Below are positions 15,196-30,341 of a stretch of 64,000 bases of DNA, piece after piece (position 1 is the stretch's first letter; every line of letters begins with the position of its first letter). Both the position numbers and the translations under genes were made by a program. This stretch comes from the human T2T-CHM13v2.0 reference genome, Homo sapiens. The notes beneath the pieces were generated by a model, which was not told where the DNA came from, searched no databases, and saw only the letters and a list, made by a program, of their open reading frames with translations. Where the stretch lies: NCBI RefSeq assembly GCF_009914755.1, contig NC_060940.1, one strand, 5' to 3'.

Positions 15196-15422
15196 CAAAG
15201 ACAGACTTTTTTTAAATATGCATGTATTGGGCTCAAAGAAAATTTTTCTATGTATAAAGTGACTGCAGAAAGCATCTGGATTTCATAACTCACTCAGGTT
15301 AATTCCCTCCTTTTCATATAATCTGTCACCATTATCTCTAACTTTAATCACTAAAGACATTAACTGAAATTGGAGACAGCACTCCCTCCCCTCCCTTCAG
15401 TTTCAGCCTTTCCTCCAGCACT

Positions 15423-15590
15423 CTTTATTTATTTATTTATTTTTGAGACGGAGTTTCACTCTTGTTGCCAGGCTGGAGTGTAATGGTGTGATCTCGGCTC
15501 ACAGCAACTTCTGCCTCCCGGGTTCAAGTGATTCTCCTGCTTCAGCCTCTTGAGTAGCTGGGATTACAGGCATGTACCACCATAATTTTT
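15423..15590 (-). mobile_element. Alu right-arm fragment (AluSp/Sq-like)
   Basis: (TTTA)n tail then gagacggagtttcactcttgttgcc. Confidence 0.85.
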
Positions 15591-16725
15591 TAAATGTTTG
15601 CAACAGTAATCTTTTTTAACTCTAAAATGATTTGTTAATTGCAATAGTAGTAGTAATGGCAGTAAATACATATGATAAAATAAAAAATAAAATATGTTCA
15701 TGTCAAAAGAATGTCAAATAGTAATAAGAAAGCAGGCAAAGCAAAAAGTCCCCTAACACAGCCCCCTGTCCTCCAGTTCCTCCTTCCAGAAGCAACTACT
15801 GTTATCAAGTTATATTTTATGTGTGTTCATGCTTGTTCATTTGTCTATACCCAAGGAAATATTTTATGCACATGTAAGTATACACAAATGCATGGACTCT
15901 TCATTCTTCTGTGTACACAAATAAAAAAAATTCTGTGAACACTATTCCATATCTTGTTTTAGAGCTAGTTCATAATATATATATAGCACTGACATTATTT
16001 TCATAGCTGCATAGTATTTTAAATAATAGATATATCAAAATTTATTTAAGCAATCTTAATAGAAATGTAATCCCATTACTTCTTTATTTAAAATCTTCAG
16101 TGTCTGGCCCTCTGCTCCCATCACATACATGGTAAAGTGCAAACCCCTAAGAATACCACGCAAAATTTCTCATGGCTGGGAAGTAAATAGCGATTAAGCT
16201 GTGGGGCTAAGTATATGTCTCCATAGTATTACATGTTCTACTGCTGCTGAACTGTTTGCCATTTTTAAATTGCATTCTTGTTCCCCTCATTTGTGCCATT
16301 CACTCTTACCCTTTCCTCTTGAGATATGTCCTCCAGTGTAATAAATCCCATATTGTATTCAGAATTCATTTTAAATTTTGCTTCTAAAAAGCTTACTTTG
16401 ATGGCAGGTTCCAGGTGTAAATTGAGTCAGGCACTACTACCATTAAGTCTGCACAACAACCATTATATTGCTAATTGTACTGTATTGAGATTGTGGATTC
16501 CCTTGATTGTCTCCTCTAATTGAGTGTAAATTTCCTTAGACATGAGGAATGGGCCCTATTAATCTCTGTATTGAAGAACGTAGCACATAATTTACCTATT
16601 ACAGGCCAAGGAAAATTTGTCGAATGACTAATTGAATGTAAAAAGCTTTATGACTCTCATCTGATGTTCTCTCTGCTACACACAACAGCTACCAAAATAA
16701 AACTATTTGGAGGATATGTTAGATC

Positions 16726-16910
16726 ACTGGTACTAAAAGTGTGGTCTTCAGACCAGCATTGTCAGCATTGCGTGGGGACCTGTCAGAAACACAAATTCTG
16801 TCCCACCACAGAGGTACTGAATCAGAAACTCTGAAGTCAGGCCCACTGTACCTGCTTTAACAAATCCTCTACATGATTCTGATGCTTACTGCGCTTTCAG
16901 AACCACTGCA
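16726..16910. mobile_element. MER5A-like hAT-Charlie relic
   Basis: aaagtgtggtc...cagaccagca...actgaatcagaaactctg...tgattctgatgc...agaaccactg. Confidence 0.75.
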
Positions 16911-17426
16911 AGAGAACATATTTCTCAATTCTTGTTTCTCAATCCCCCTGCAAATATTTTTGCTCTTCACGTTAGAATCACTTATCAGGAAAAACAGCAA
17001 AATATCACCACTGCTGTTCATGTTTCCTTGTACAATTTTATTGAAGTTATAACTGTGTCCCACAATACTTAGTTTCTGCTAACAAACCTGCCTGAAAGTT
17101 AACTCTAAGTCCCGGGGAGATTAAGAAAAATGAACCAAATTGCAAACAGGTGATTACTTGTGTGAAATCATGCTAGCTGTCTTGTTCCTAGCCAAGGTAC
17201 TCGCAGGTAAAATTTTATTAAAGAGAGAACAGTCCTAGTATACATACAATGAAAACATTCTCTTTTATAAGACATAGAAATTATTTCTTGTGATAGAAGA
17301 TTATAAATTAGACAACATCTCAGGACTGGACTGACCCAAAGCTATAATAAAGAAGGAAGGAAACACAAAACAAATTGTTTAGAGGCTACTAAAAACAATT
17401 ACTGTTTTGCACAAAAGATCATCTAA

Positions 17427-17782
<356 letters not shown>

Positions 17783-18842
17783 TACTTTTATTTTTTATGT
17801 GTCTTATTCTTTACTCGGATGAATTAGAACAGAACAGATTCCATTAGGCAGACCAAGTGCCTATAATCATATGTAATAATGTTTTCTCATTACTGTATAA
17901 TTAAAAGTAACATACATTTTTATTAAAAGGATGAAGGAAAAATTGCTTTCAACTTCACAAGCTTACATCTCACCTGCCCAACTCAGTAGATATAATCCAT
18001 CCACTCTTGGTCTTCTGAACCACTTTCCTCCTACAAGAATGTATGAAATCTTCAGATGGCTCATACTGATCCTAATCCTATGTGAAAGTTTCCTGTGTTT
18101 TTAAATCATGCTGAAAAGATAGTCCGGTTAGGCAGCTTTAAAGACATATGTCTCCTTCGCCTCCAGACAAAGAAGAATAAACCTAATTCATCCTTGCAGA
18201 TAAATTCATCAAAACTCAAGGCCAGTGGAAATGTTTACTAGTGCCTCTTCTATTTCGTAGCTTAGAATATCTGAACTAGAAGAGACCTGACAGGTCATCC
18301 AACCCAATCCCCTGAAGCACAGATTAAAAATAACAGCATCAAGGCTGAGGTTAAGTCCAGGATGAAAGAATCATGCCTTGTAATTGAGCAACACAGTCTT
18401 GACACCGTCATTGCAGGGAATGGCAAACTCTGCACATGGGGACAAATTCTGCCCTCCTCGGAGAATGAATGCAACTAAAAATTATTCCCAACCTCTAACC
18501 AGGTGAAGCAAATTCATGCTCTGGCATTTTCCCTTCTTAAAAGAGCATTAATGTACTAACTCATCACATTTAAAGGTGCTCATCAACAATAGGTTTTATT
18601 TGAGAATATATGTAATCGTATAATATTGACATTCCATAAAGCTACGGCAGCTTTCATTCTAAATTCTGAAGTTTTTGCAAAAACAGGGACCTAGATAAGA
18701 TGGTCACCAAGAAAAAGACATTTTTACCTAAACCCATGGTTCAGTGGTAATTCAATTAATAAAATGATTTTCAAAACACAAATTAAATTATATTATATCA
18801 ATCAGGATAGTTTATTACATCTCTGATTAGGTCTACAATTTA

Positions 18843-18991
18843 TTTATTCATTTATATTTATTTTTTGTAGAGGTGAGGGACTTGCTACATTGCCAAAGCT
18901 GGTCTCGAACTCCTGGGCTCAAGCAATACTCCGACCTCACTCAGCCTCTCAAAGCGCTGGGATTACAGGCATGAAACACCATGCCTGGCCC
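18843..18991 (-). mobile_element. FLAM-C-like Alu monomer with perfect 14-bp TSD
   Basis: aggtctacaattta at 18829-18842 and 18992-19005. Confidence 0.85.
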
Positions 18992-19099
18992 AGGTCTACA
19001 ATTTAAACAGTCCTGAAATATTGAGTAGTTTAGCATTTTGTTTTCTTTCATATATGAGGTTAATACACTTCAAACAAGTATTTCATGACCACAGAATAT

Positions 19100-19142
19100 T
19101 GTGTGTGTGTATGTGTGTGTGTGTGTGTGTGTATGTGTGTGT
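19100..19142. repeat. (TG)n microsatellite with TA interruptions
   Basis: Direct reading. Confidence 0.9.
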
Positions 19143-19569
19143 TTAAGTATAATCCTTTTCTGAGGAGTGTTTTTTTAAAAAAGAATAATTCTTCTCCTTT
19201 ATCCTAAGATTCAGATTTTCTCTAAAAAAGTCATAAAGTCATAATTTTAATGTTATTTCCAAGCCACCTTAACTTAAAGTCTCTCAGAGTCCACTTTGCT
19301 GATGTGCCAGGAATTCTCACAATATTCCGCAATCCTGCCTTATGGTACACTGTTTGAAATAAAATAAAGATGTTCTATTGAGAAAAGAACGTAATGCATA
19401 TTTCTTTGAAGCCCTGCCTGTATCATTTTGCACATGCCATCGAAGAGATCCCATATACTAGTTGTTTATCTAGGCCCTTAAAGTCTATACACTGACTCTT
19501 ATACTCCTATATTTTCTCTTGCTCCTACCATATTTTTATCCTTCCAGAAAAACAACTGTGAAATGATCA

Positions 19570-20420
19570 TGGACTTCCTTACAGTAGAATGCCAGTTAAT
19601 AAATATAGAAGGAATATGGAGATTTTTTAAAATCACGAATTAATGCTAAAACTATTGGATGAAAGTCTAATGAGAAATAGAATTGTCAGAAAGTATCTCC
19701 CCACAAATTACTTATTAATAACAAAAGGGAAAATAGTAGCTTTGCAGAAGAAAGCCCTGACAGACACCATCTCAACCAGGTAAGCAAAGTTAGCATCATC
19801 AATATTGAGATAAACCAACCTCACGTAACTTGTGATATGGTGCCCTTAGAAAACCGCATCACTTCTACAGGGTTTTTGTTAAAAACGCCTAACTTGTAGT
19901 ACTCACAAGGGAATATCAGATGCAAAAATCTAAAAATGTTCCACAAAATAACTGGCATATAAACTCCAAAAATACAAATTTCAAGAAAGTCTGTGAAATT
20001 GTTCCAATAAAAGGAAACTAAAAAGATATGACAATTAAATGCAGTAAGTCATCTTGACCTGTACCAAGAAATACAAATATCTATAAACAGCAATTTTAGA
20101 ATAACTGACAAAATTTTTATGAATTATGGATAGAATAATAGTATTGTGCCAATGCTACATTTCCAGATCATAATAATTACTCTGTGGTTAGAAAATACAT
20201 TGAAGTATTTTATGGTAATGGAAAAAAATATCCCCAACTTGCTGGAAAAAGGTTTAGAAGAAAAATGCAATATGCATGAAAAGATAATTAGGAAATGATA
20301 AAATGAATGAAGCAAAATTAAACACTTGATGAATATGGTGAGATTCTTGTATTATTATTAATATATTGTTATTGTTGGAAATTTTCTGTAAATTTGAAAT
20401 TATATCCCAATAAAATGTGG
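19570..20420 (+). mobile_element. Old L1M (L1MC/ME-like) 3' region
   Basis: atctccccacaaattacttattaa...aaaatagtagcttt...aattttctgtaaatttgaaattat-type motifs. Confidence 0.6.
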
Positions 20421-21906
20421 TCTTCTATGGTAAATAATAATTAAAGCACTTCATCAAATATCTGCAGGTGTCTTTTTCCTTATTTGACAGGTGAGTAAAT
20501 GGAGATTCAAAGAGATCAGGTTATTTGCATAAAAGCACATGGCTAGTTGGTGGAAGAATTGGGTATTTTAACATAGGACTGTTTGCATCCAAGACTCTTC
20601 GATCTAGCATACTGTCTTCCACCAGGTGCCCTTGATTCAAGACACAGAGAAAGCTGATATGGACTTCAATGTATCTTTTTATTGCTTCTTCCTCTGAGAT
20701 GTACCTAAGCTCTCACCTTGTAATTAAACAAGTCATGCCCACTATATGTTTGGCATTACTGAGAATGCTGAGTCACCCAACTTTAGCCCATGGATCAAAG
20801 GACCTCTGGGATGGGTAGTAGCATTGTCATCCAGAAAAAAGCTACTTGTCAACTAGAAAAGATATTCAAGTCTCTGCTTCCTCCATTCACTTTCTTGATC
20901 TTCGAAATAAAACTGAGTTGCTGATTCCAAAGATCATTTTCTCTGTAAGACTAGATATTTTATTCTAATGACTTACTGAGCCAAAAGATTTAATAAAATC
21001 AATACAGAGGGGAAAAAAAGGACTCAGATCTAAGAAATTGGAAGGATAGATATTATATGGAAGCTCAAACTAAGATACTGGGCATGACAAAGCAGATAAG
21101 ATCAGTTAAGTACAAGAGTCTCATTAGCAAACATAACTAATACACAGCTTTAGAAGGATGAGAATTTAAATGATTAGTGATGCCTCTTCATTATCTGATT
21201 ATAAACAATCATCAGAAGAGTAAGGATAATAAAGAGAGTAGCTTTCATCCACTAAGTGCCTACTATATGAAAGACACTGCTAGGTACTTCTCATGTATTT
21301 ACTGCCTCATTTAAGCCAAAATATAAAGATTACCAAATATTTTACAGATGAAAAATCTGAGCTCAGTGATGTTGAGCTTACTTGTTTATGTTCACATGGA
21401 TTTGGATCTAAAGCACAACTCCACCACTAATTTTGCTAGGGTTTCACAGCTTTTGGAGACTGGAGCTATTAAAAAGGAAGATTGAGATTTAGAGGCAGAA
21501 ACTCAGAGTAAAAGGATCATGAAAATCATGGAAGTCACAGGCTACTTCCACACAGAGAGCACGAAGAATGAAACAAGGCTTTGGAGCTAGATAGATGAAT
21601 GTTAGAGTTCAGCAGATACAGAACAGTCTTCGCAATGCTGGAAAATTTACCTAACCTCTTGCAGTGTATCAGTTTCTTACAATGCAGTTATAATAACATC
21701 TAACTTTTAGGTTTATTATGAAAATTAAATGAGATAATGGGTGTAAAGTGCCAGGTAGTGATTATGACTTTAAAGGACCCTGAAAAATGTCATACACATG
21801 CATATCTCTTTCCGTGTGTCTCTGATGTTTATATTGTGCTCACTGGGGCATGAAAAGACGTGAGTTAAATGTTCTTTGAAAAAAAAAATTATAATGAATT
21901 CCCCCC

Positions 21907-22560
21907 TTTTTTATTTTACTTTAAGTCCTGGGATACATGTGCAGAATGTGCAGGTTTGTTACATAGGTATACATACATGTACCACGGTGGTTTGCTGCAC
22001 CTATCAACCCGTCATCTAGGTTTTAAGCCCCGCATGCATTAGGTATTTGTCCTAATGCTCTCCCTCCCCTTGCCCCCCGACCCCTGGCAGACCCCAGTGT
22101 GTGATGTTCCTCTCCCTGTGTCCATGTGTTCTCATTGTTCAACTCCCACTTATAAGTGAAAACATGTGGTGTTTGGTTTTCTGTTACTGTGTTAGTTTGC
22201 TGAGAATGATGGTTTCTATCTTCATCCATGTCCCTGCAAAGGACATGAATTCATTCTTTTTTAGTATTCCATGGTATATATGTGCCACATTTTCTTTATC
22301 CAGTCTATCATTGATAAGCATTTGGGTTGGTTCCAAGTCTTTGCTATTGTAAATAATGCTGCAATAAACATATGTATGCATGTTTCTTTATAGTAGAATG
22401 ATTTATAATCCTTTGGGTATATACCCAGTAATGAGATTGCTGGGTCAAATGGTATTTCTGGTTCTAGATCCTTGAGGATTCTCCACACTGTCTTCCATAA
22501 TGGTTGAACTAATTTACACTCCCACCAACAGTGTAAAAGCGTTCCTATTTCTCCACATGG
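21907..22560 (-). mobile_element. L1PA (about L1PA7-8) 3' end, sense to CDH8
   Basis: Decayed ORF2 C-terminus (HCWWECKLVQPLWKTVWR..IPFDPAISLLGIYPK) plus 3'UTR. Confidence 0.92.
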
Positions 22561-23778
22561 CTTAAGACAGCTCATGCTGCATCTTTTCTGAGTAGACTGG
22601 CTTTCAAAATGTTGTGAGAAAAAGCTAGAATAAAAAAAAGCATGCATCTATTTAGCATCTACTAGTGTTAGATGGTTTTATAAGTTCTAACAGAAATGTT
22701 ACACAGATATCTCAACTAATAAACATTTACTTTGAACCCACAGTCTGCCAAAAACTGACTAGAAAGGAGATGCTGAAGGCATAATGATATACAGGAAAGA
22801 TAAAGCCTTTGGCCAAAATGTTGAATTGAAGTTTTTCTCATTTCACTGAGCTGTTTCTTAATATGGTTGCTGATAAAATTTAACATGTTATTTTCTCATG
22901 TAATATCAAATTCAAATTTAGTGGTGTTTGTAGTAGTATTACTACTAGTATTAGACACTGTAGTAGTAACACTAGCAGTAACTATAGTTAACAATACTTT
23001 ATTAATGAATAATAAAAATTTGCATTATCATTATAGTTAACAATTACATAGCACCATTATGTCCTATTCTAAGTGCTATCTTTCTATCAACTCATTTAAG
23101 GTATTCAACAATGCTAAAAATTTGAGTGACTTTCCAAGGTCAAATAATGGTAACTGCTGTTCATTGAGGCTAGAAAATATTTGGGACTCATTCACGTAGA
23201 TAATGAAGACACAAATTAGGGGAATGACTGGTCTAGTTTTGAAATTCAGAAACGTGATTCTGATGCAACAGACAAAGCCGACTGGAAGAACAGATTTGAC
23301 CACCTACATGGAGAAGATTGGACTCATAATTTTCCACTCCCAATCCTATGTTTAATAGGTACAGTTAGAGTTAATCAAATAGCAACTCATTCAAGATGGA
23401 ATTTTCACTTCATCTCCTTTACTTAGGATTTCTGGGTTGGGGTGAAGAGATGGATATTAGGAGTCCTAAGAATAATTTAAGCCCTAAAATTCAGCTAATC
23501 CAAGGCAACAGGAGACCGGCCCTTCAGTACAATAAGGGTGTGTATGTGTGGATATCAACCTGCTCTAAGTATTTCTTTTCAGGCTACCTCATGGAGACAA
23601 GTAGCCCAAGGTAAATACACAAGCTATACATTCCACTTTTGACTGGAGGCTTAACTTGTCAGTGATAATGATTTACATAGCGATCTTCTCCCTTCCTGCC
23701 TAGAAAGTTGCACTAGCTTCAAGCTATGTGCTCTGTTAAAGAGTCATGGGGAGAGAAATCCTTCTTACTTCAAACCGG

Positions 23779-23940
23779 TTTATTATTATTATTATTATGC
23801 TTTAAGTTTTAGGGTACAGGCGCACAACATGCAGGTTAGGTACGTATGTATACATGTGCCATGTTGGTGTGCTGCACCCATTAACTCGTCATTTAACATT
23901 AGGTATAACTCCTAATGCTATCCCTTCCCCCTCGCCCTCC
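23779..23940 (-). mobile_element. Severely truncated L1PA 3' terminus with TSD
   Basis: L1 3'UTR end; caaac(c/t)ggttt at 23771-23781 and 23940-23950. Confidence 0.88.
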
Positions 23941-24881
23941 AAACTGGTTTTGACTGTGAATTCTTTTCCAGGAGTAATGTGAGATCTGGATAATGTAGGT
24001 GAACTGGTAGTGATGCTGTGGTTGCCAAGAAGACAAGTAGATAAGACAAGTAGATATTATTTTTAAAAATGAGGAAGGTTGTTTAAAGAGTGAGTAGCCC
24101 ACTATTGTATATTTTTACCTTGTTTCTTCAAAGTAAATGTTCATATCATTCAGAATCTTTTTGTGTGTCTTCATGACCTCAGCAAAGACCCTGGAACATA
24201 GCATGTCCCTAGTAGATACTGTAGAATAAATCTATTAATTCACTTTTACCCAATAATTTGTCAACACTTCAGAAAAACAAGTTAATCAATTGTATTGATT
24301 TTGAAAAAAAGAAAGTAAATTAATCTGTAGAATGCAATATTAGTTTCTAAACTGTGTGTGTGTATGTTTGATGAAATGACATAATGTGACTACTTTACCC
24401 GAGAAACTTCAACTTTTTTATAAGAGACTATATATCAGAAAAGTTTAGGATTGAAATTGAAGGCAAATATATTTACCTTCGGGGTTTGACTCAGCAACTT
24501 TCAGATGACTGACCTTAGAGGAACTATACGACTTCATTAAATCGGTTTATAGCTACAACTGGAAATACATGAGTGTGTACCTCATATGGAGTTTGTGAGC
24601 ATTAAATGAGATATGCCCTAAGTGTTCCACCTATTGCAAGCATAAAAGTACTCAAAATGTTAGCCATTAGCATTATTGATGGTAATCAGGTTTCCTATTA
24701 TCATTGCAAGAGGATTATAAAATGGATGTTGTGATACAGCACAGTCTAGAAATAAACTTCTTTTTGTAAAATACCCCATTTTTTATAAGAACAAGTCAAT
24801 AAAAGTCTTAGGTGAATTTACAAGTTTTACAATTTATCTTAGGTAAAGGATCTCACTGTCACTGTGCTTAAAAACAAATTT

Positions 24882-25171
24882 GGCCGGGTGCGGTGGCTCA
24901 CGCCTGTAATCCCAGCACTTTGGGAGGCCGAGGTGGGCGGATCACGAGGTCAGGAAATCAAGACCATCCTGGCTAACACGGTGAAACCCCGTCTCTACTA
25001 AAAATACAAAAAATTAGCTGGGCGTGGCGGCAGGCACCTGTAGTCCCAACTACTCGGGAAGCTGAGGCGGGAGAATGGCGTGAACCGGAAGGCAGAACTT
25101 GCAGTGAGCGGATATCGCACCACTGCACTCCAGCCTGGGCGACAGAGCCAGACTCCGTTTCAAAAAAAAAA
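24882..25171 (+). mobile_element. AluY
   Basis: gatcacgaggtcagg, ggctaacacggtg, gagaatggcgtgaacc. Confidence 0.93.
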
Positions 25172-27563
25172 ATCAGAAATGTTTGGCACATAATCATCCC
25201 TTCGTACAAAGGTTACAAATTGTCTTAATAAGTATGGGGTTTTGGTAGTAAGCATGTGTGTGTATCTTGGGGGAGGTGGGCATGTAACATGCTTAAGTAA
25301 TTGTGAATCAAAGATTCCTTCTCTTCAGTATTTATAAAATGTGCCATTAAATGTTAGCTTTTATTTCAACAAATTCCATGTACTTCTAATCATAGGATTT
25401 ATTTTAACCTTTGCAACAGTTTGAAGATCAAGCGTTTTTAAAATTTTGCACAAAAGATAATAGCAGTTGAATAGCTCTCAGTTATTGCAACATAGTACTT
25501 TTATAAAGTATATTTTAATAACGTGCTTTATATGCAATCTCCTTACAAGATGTTATAGATTTAATATTTCATTATAATTCATAGTATTATGATGGTGGTG
25601 ATTTTATACTTGTATGCGTGAACAGTTTGTAATGCCTGACTGTTTTTTTCAGGGATATGTTTACTCTTAGATGGCTCAAAAGAAAGACGATCCTTCCGAC
25701 TTGTGTCCTTCCAAGGGTGGTCCGCAGCATTACAGAAGTCAACCTACTGTGTCTCACGTCACTGTTGAATTAGATGGGTTACTGAGGGTGGAGGTTCAAA
25801 GTTGGAGTTATCCTCAATATCCCTCTCACCTTGATCTTCAAAATAATTATGGTATTTGCATGCGACATTTTGAAATATTAGACATGTCCATCTGTCAATA
25901 TGGAATGTGGTTATCCATCATTTTATTCTACTTTTTCTTCTTCTCCTTAAATATTGAAAAGTAAGTACCAATTAAAGATATACTTTCCTCTATGCCTTCA
26001 GAAGGCAAAGCATTTCTCCTTCCACTTAGTAAAATGTATTCCTTCCTCAGACTCAGTATTAGGATCAGTTTGTATGAATCAAAAATCATAGAGAAACAGA
26101 ATGTTGGATTCCAAAGGGCACTAGAAAGTGCTGAAGACACCCAGGTTATTGTACAGATGTGTAACATATGGCCATAGAGTGACAGGATTTAAAAACTGTC
26201 TCGCTAATTGCAATTTTTAAAAAGCTTTAATGACAAAAATGTCCAAGGCGTGAACTGTCTAGAATAGTAACAACTACCATAATATTTAGTCCCCACTCAG
26301 TGAACTAGGATATCACATCTGTTGCTTAGGGGAATACCTAAAGGACAAATCTTACATAGTACCTTTCTCAATGAGGAAACTGAGGCTTAACAACACTAAT
26401 TCTCATGCAATGATACAAGCTGAGTATGGGGGCTATTGTGGCAGGAATTGAAGCCTCGCTTTGTCTAACTTCAGAGCAGAATCACAATCCTCCAGGCTAC
26501 CATATTTCTCAGTGAAAAAGATACAAGCCTGGACTCTTGACCAGCAGAGGTCAATAAAGGTATTGCAAGGTAGGATATTGCATAGAAGCTCTTCATTTCA
26601 GGCAATAAAGATGACAGAAAAATAGACAAGCCACCGGGGTTATAACAACAAAAAAAGGTAGAAGCTGTGTTGAAAACTTGCTAATGGTTTCAGAAATGTA
26701 TCCTAATCATCGTTTTCTAATTCTGTATAAATGTGTGTGTCTGTGGATATGTGAATTTGTATACCTCCTGGTGTTTCAAACACAAGGCTATGGCTCATAA
26801 AAAGCATGGCTTGGGTAAAACAATATACTTTAAATAGTAAATTGTAAAATAGAAAATACTATTCTTTAAAAAGTTTCAAATTAAGTATCTGCATTCAGTC
26901 AATCAGTCTTAATGCTTACAGTTTTCAGGGGAGAAAGAGGACAATCTCTCTTAGCCCAAGCCCTTGCTAGGTGGAAGAGAAAAGTTTCCCTTGTGCTGAC
27001 CCTTTTATAAAATTTAAAAGAGAAAGCCAGAACCTTGTGGAGTTTACAGAGTAGCAGAAGGAGAGGATTTTGTATTTACAAAGATTCTTCCAAGGCTCTA
27101 ATTCCAAAGTAAGAATGCTTTCTTCTGCTACCTCAAAAGTTCTCTTGAGATAGAGGAGTCTTCAGATGCAGACTTTTACTTCCCTATCACATCTCAAGGA
27201 GCAGTTCCCAGCATGCTGATTTTCTTTGTAAATGTGACAACACTTCCCTACCAGGTCACAGTACATAACTGTGTCCCAGTACTTGCAAAGCCGAGTGACA
27301 CTCAACTGTGCTAACTTTTCTCACCCAAATCCAAGCCTAGCGAAGTATTCCTATAGGAAGACAGCTGCAAAAGCCTTCCTCGAACATTAGCAAAAGAATT
27401 ATCCAATATTCTTGCATGTGTGGTTTCCTGGCCTGCGTTATGTAGCACTCACAATGTGGGGTGCTAGGCTATGTTAAAGAGCACCATCTTAGATGATGTG
27501 AAGCTCAGAGGTCACAAGGCAGTACAGGCTTTTGAAAATCTCATTCAATAATATGCCCAGGGA

Positions 27564-27950
<387 letters not shown>

Positions 27951-29010
27951 TTAAAAGGGACCACATAAACCATGTGATTGGGTGGTGCACGTAAAAGGAT
28001 ATCTCACTCAGGGCTTTCCTACCTTGCTGCACTGGCATGCTGCAAGATTTAGGAGTGGATGTCTTAAGAGGCCTGCTCTGTAGGGCAACCTGGAACTGCA
28101 GTGTTAATCTCAACACACTTTGAATGGTGAAGAGTTACCATATGGGTGGGAACACCATCTGTAATGCTGACGGATTCACAAAAGCCTCTGGTGAGGCAAT
28201 ATGATCACTAGAGAAAACACAAGACAAGGTGTCCAAAGGTCTGGTTTCTAGTGTGGGGCTAATGCCATCTTAGTCATCCCACTTGGCCTTCTGGGTTATT
28301 GGGATGATCAAAAGAAATACTTGGAAGAGCAAATCGTGTTCGATAAAAGTAAGCACTTTTCCATGAGAGCTTTGCTCCCATTTCCACAAGAGCCCTTCCG
28401 TGTGTAAAGAAACATAAGGAAGAACCAAGTAAACTGAGGGAGGGGGTGGCACAGTTTAGGCAGAGGAAGTATAGGTTTTGGAAATAAGCTAGTTTTGCAT
28501 TCCAATCCCAATTCCCCACCTTATTAGCCAACCTGGGACAGTGACTAAATTTCTCTGAACCTATTTCTTTATCTGTTAAAAGGGGGTTGATATTAATAGC
28601 CCTATCTCACAGGATTCAGGTAAGATCTAAATGAGAGTTCATATATCCTGGAAGGTACTAGGTAGTCAAAAAAGTATTATTTTCCTTGGTTCTATCTATG
28701 TATATTCTCCAACTTCCACCTCCCTTGTTCTTTACTGAGCTATTAAAAATGTATTTGCTCACCACATAAATATATACACATACTAAGTACCCATAAAAGT
28801 TAAAAATAAAAGGTTTTATAAAATGCATTTGCTCAAATATATTTGTAAAGTAGCAGAAACAGAAAACTAGCATTAGCCTTTTCTGTGGCCATTTTAGATC
28901 ATTTTAAAATTAACTGCATAAATTAAGTTGTTTTTATACCCAAATATACTAGAAAGATAAATCTTGTTTTAAAATATCTTTTGCCAATATTTCAAAAGCC
29001 CATTTCATAA

Positions 29011-29310
<300 letters not shown>

Positions 29311-30033
29311 CCCATTTCATAATTTTAGAGAGTTTTAGACAGATGTAAACTGTCCAAGGGCTTACCCATAAACCTTTTCTACCTCCCACGTCTCTTCTAA
29401 GCTGATGTCATAGTCTGTAAGTAGAAAGCATGTGACAATTTTGTTTAAAGACTAATTATTAAATTATTATGTTTCACATCTGATTTGAGGTAAAATGGCC
29501 ATGATTTACCTTCTAGTGCCAATTCCTAGAAAATGTGTAGGGTTAAAAAACAAAATTGGTCTCTGAAAATTCAAGAACAAAAAAAGATCATCATGTTTGT
29601 TGGTTCACTCAGATTGTTCCGACTTCATGCCAAGTCCTGTCAGCCTCAGCTATTCGGCAAACGTCATGTGTTAGAATCAAAATGCACAACTTTCCAAAGC
29701 AAAAACAAAAAAAAATCAGAACCTGTGTGAACAGAAAAGTATATACAAAAGTATACATTAACCCATCCATCCAGGGGCTAAAAGAAATTAGCCTGGGCCT
29801 AGTGAGAATCACTCAGTGGACCCTGAATCCATTCCATATGGCTTTTGTCTGCTTGCTTATCCTCCGCCTTCCCTCTTTCTCTCTGGGGACTATCCTACTC
29901 TCTTTCCTTCCCTCAGTCTTCATTTTCACTTTACCTCATTTTCTCTCTCATTGGTTTTGATCCTCTGTGTTTCTTGAATGCTGTGATCCTGTGAAAATCT
30001 CTTACTTTCTGTATGTTTTCTGGCTCTAGGCTC

Positions 30034-30341
30034 CTTTTTTAAAATTTATTTTTATCTTTATTATTATTATTTTTTTGAGTCAGGATCTTGCTCTGCCACC
30101 AAGGCTGGAGTGCAGTGCTGCCAACACAGCTCACTGCAGCCTTGATTCTCCTGCCTCAGCCTCTGGAGTAGCTGGAACCACAGGTGCATGCCACCACACT
30201 CAGCTAATTTTTAAAAATATTTTGTAGAGCTGGGGTCTTGCTGTGTTGCCCAGTCTGGTCTCAAACTCCTGGGCTCAAGTGATTCTCCTGCCTCAGCCTC
30301 CCAAAGCACTGGGATTACGGGTGTGAGCCACTGCGCCCAGC
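30034..30341 (-). mobile_element. AluJ
   Basis: cagctcactgcagccttga...gggctcaagtgattctcc. Confidence 0.88.

Noticed and set aside
20471-20496. Recursive-splice-like motif tctttttccttatttgacag|gtgagt
   Set aside because: On the + strand (antisense to CDH8) and derivable from the MIR core sequence.
22023-22647. ORFs resembling a reverse-transcriptase protein C-terminus (also 14312-14494)
   Set aside because: Frameshifted remnants of L1 ORF2 in truncated L1PA copies; non-autonomous.
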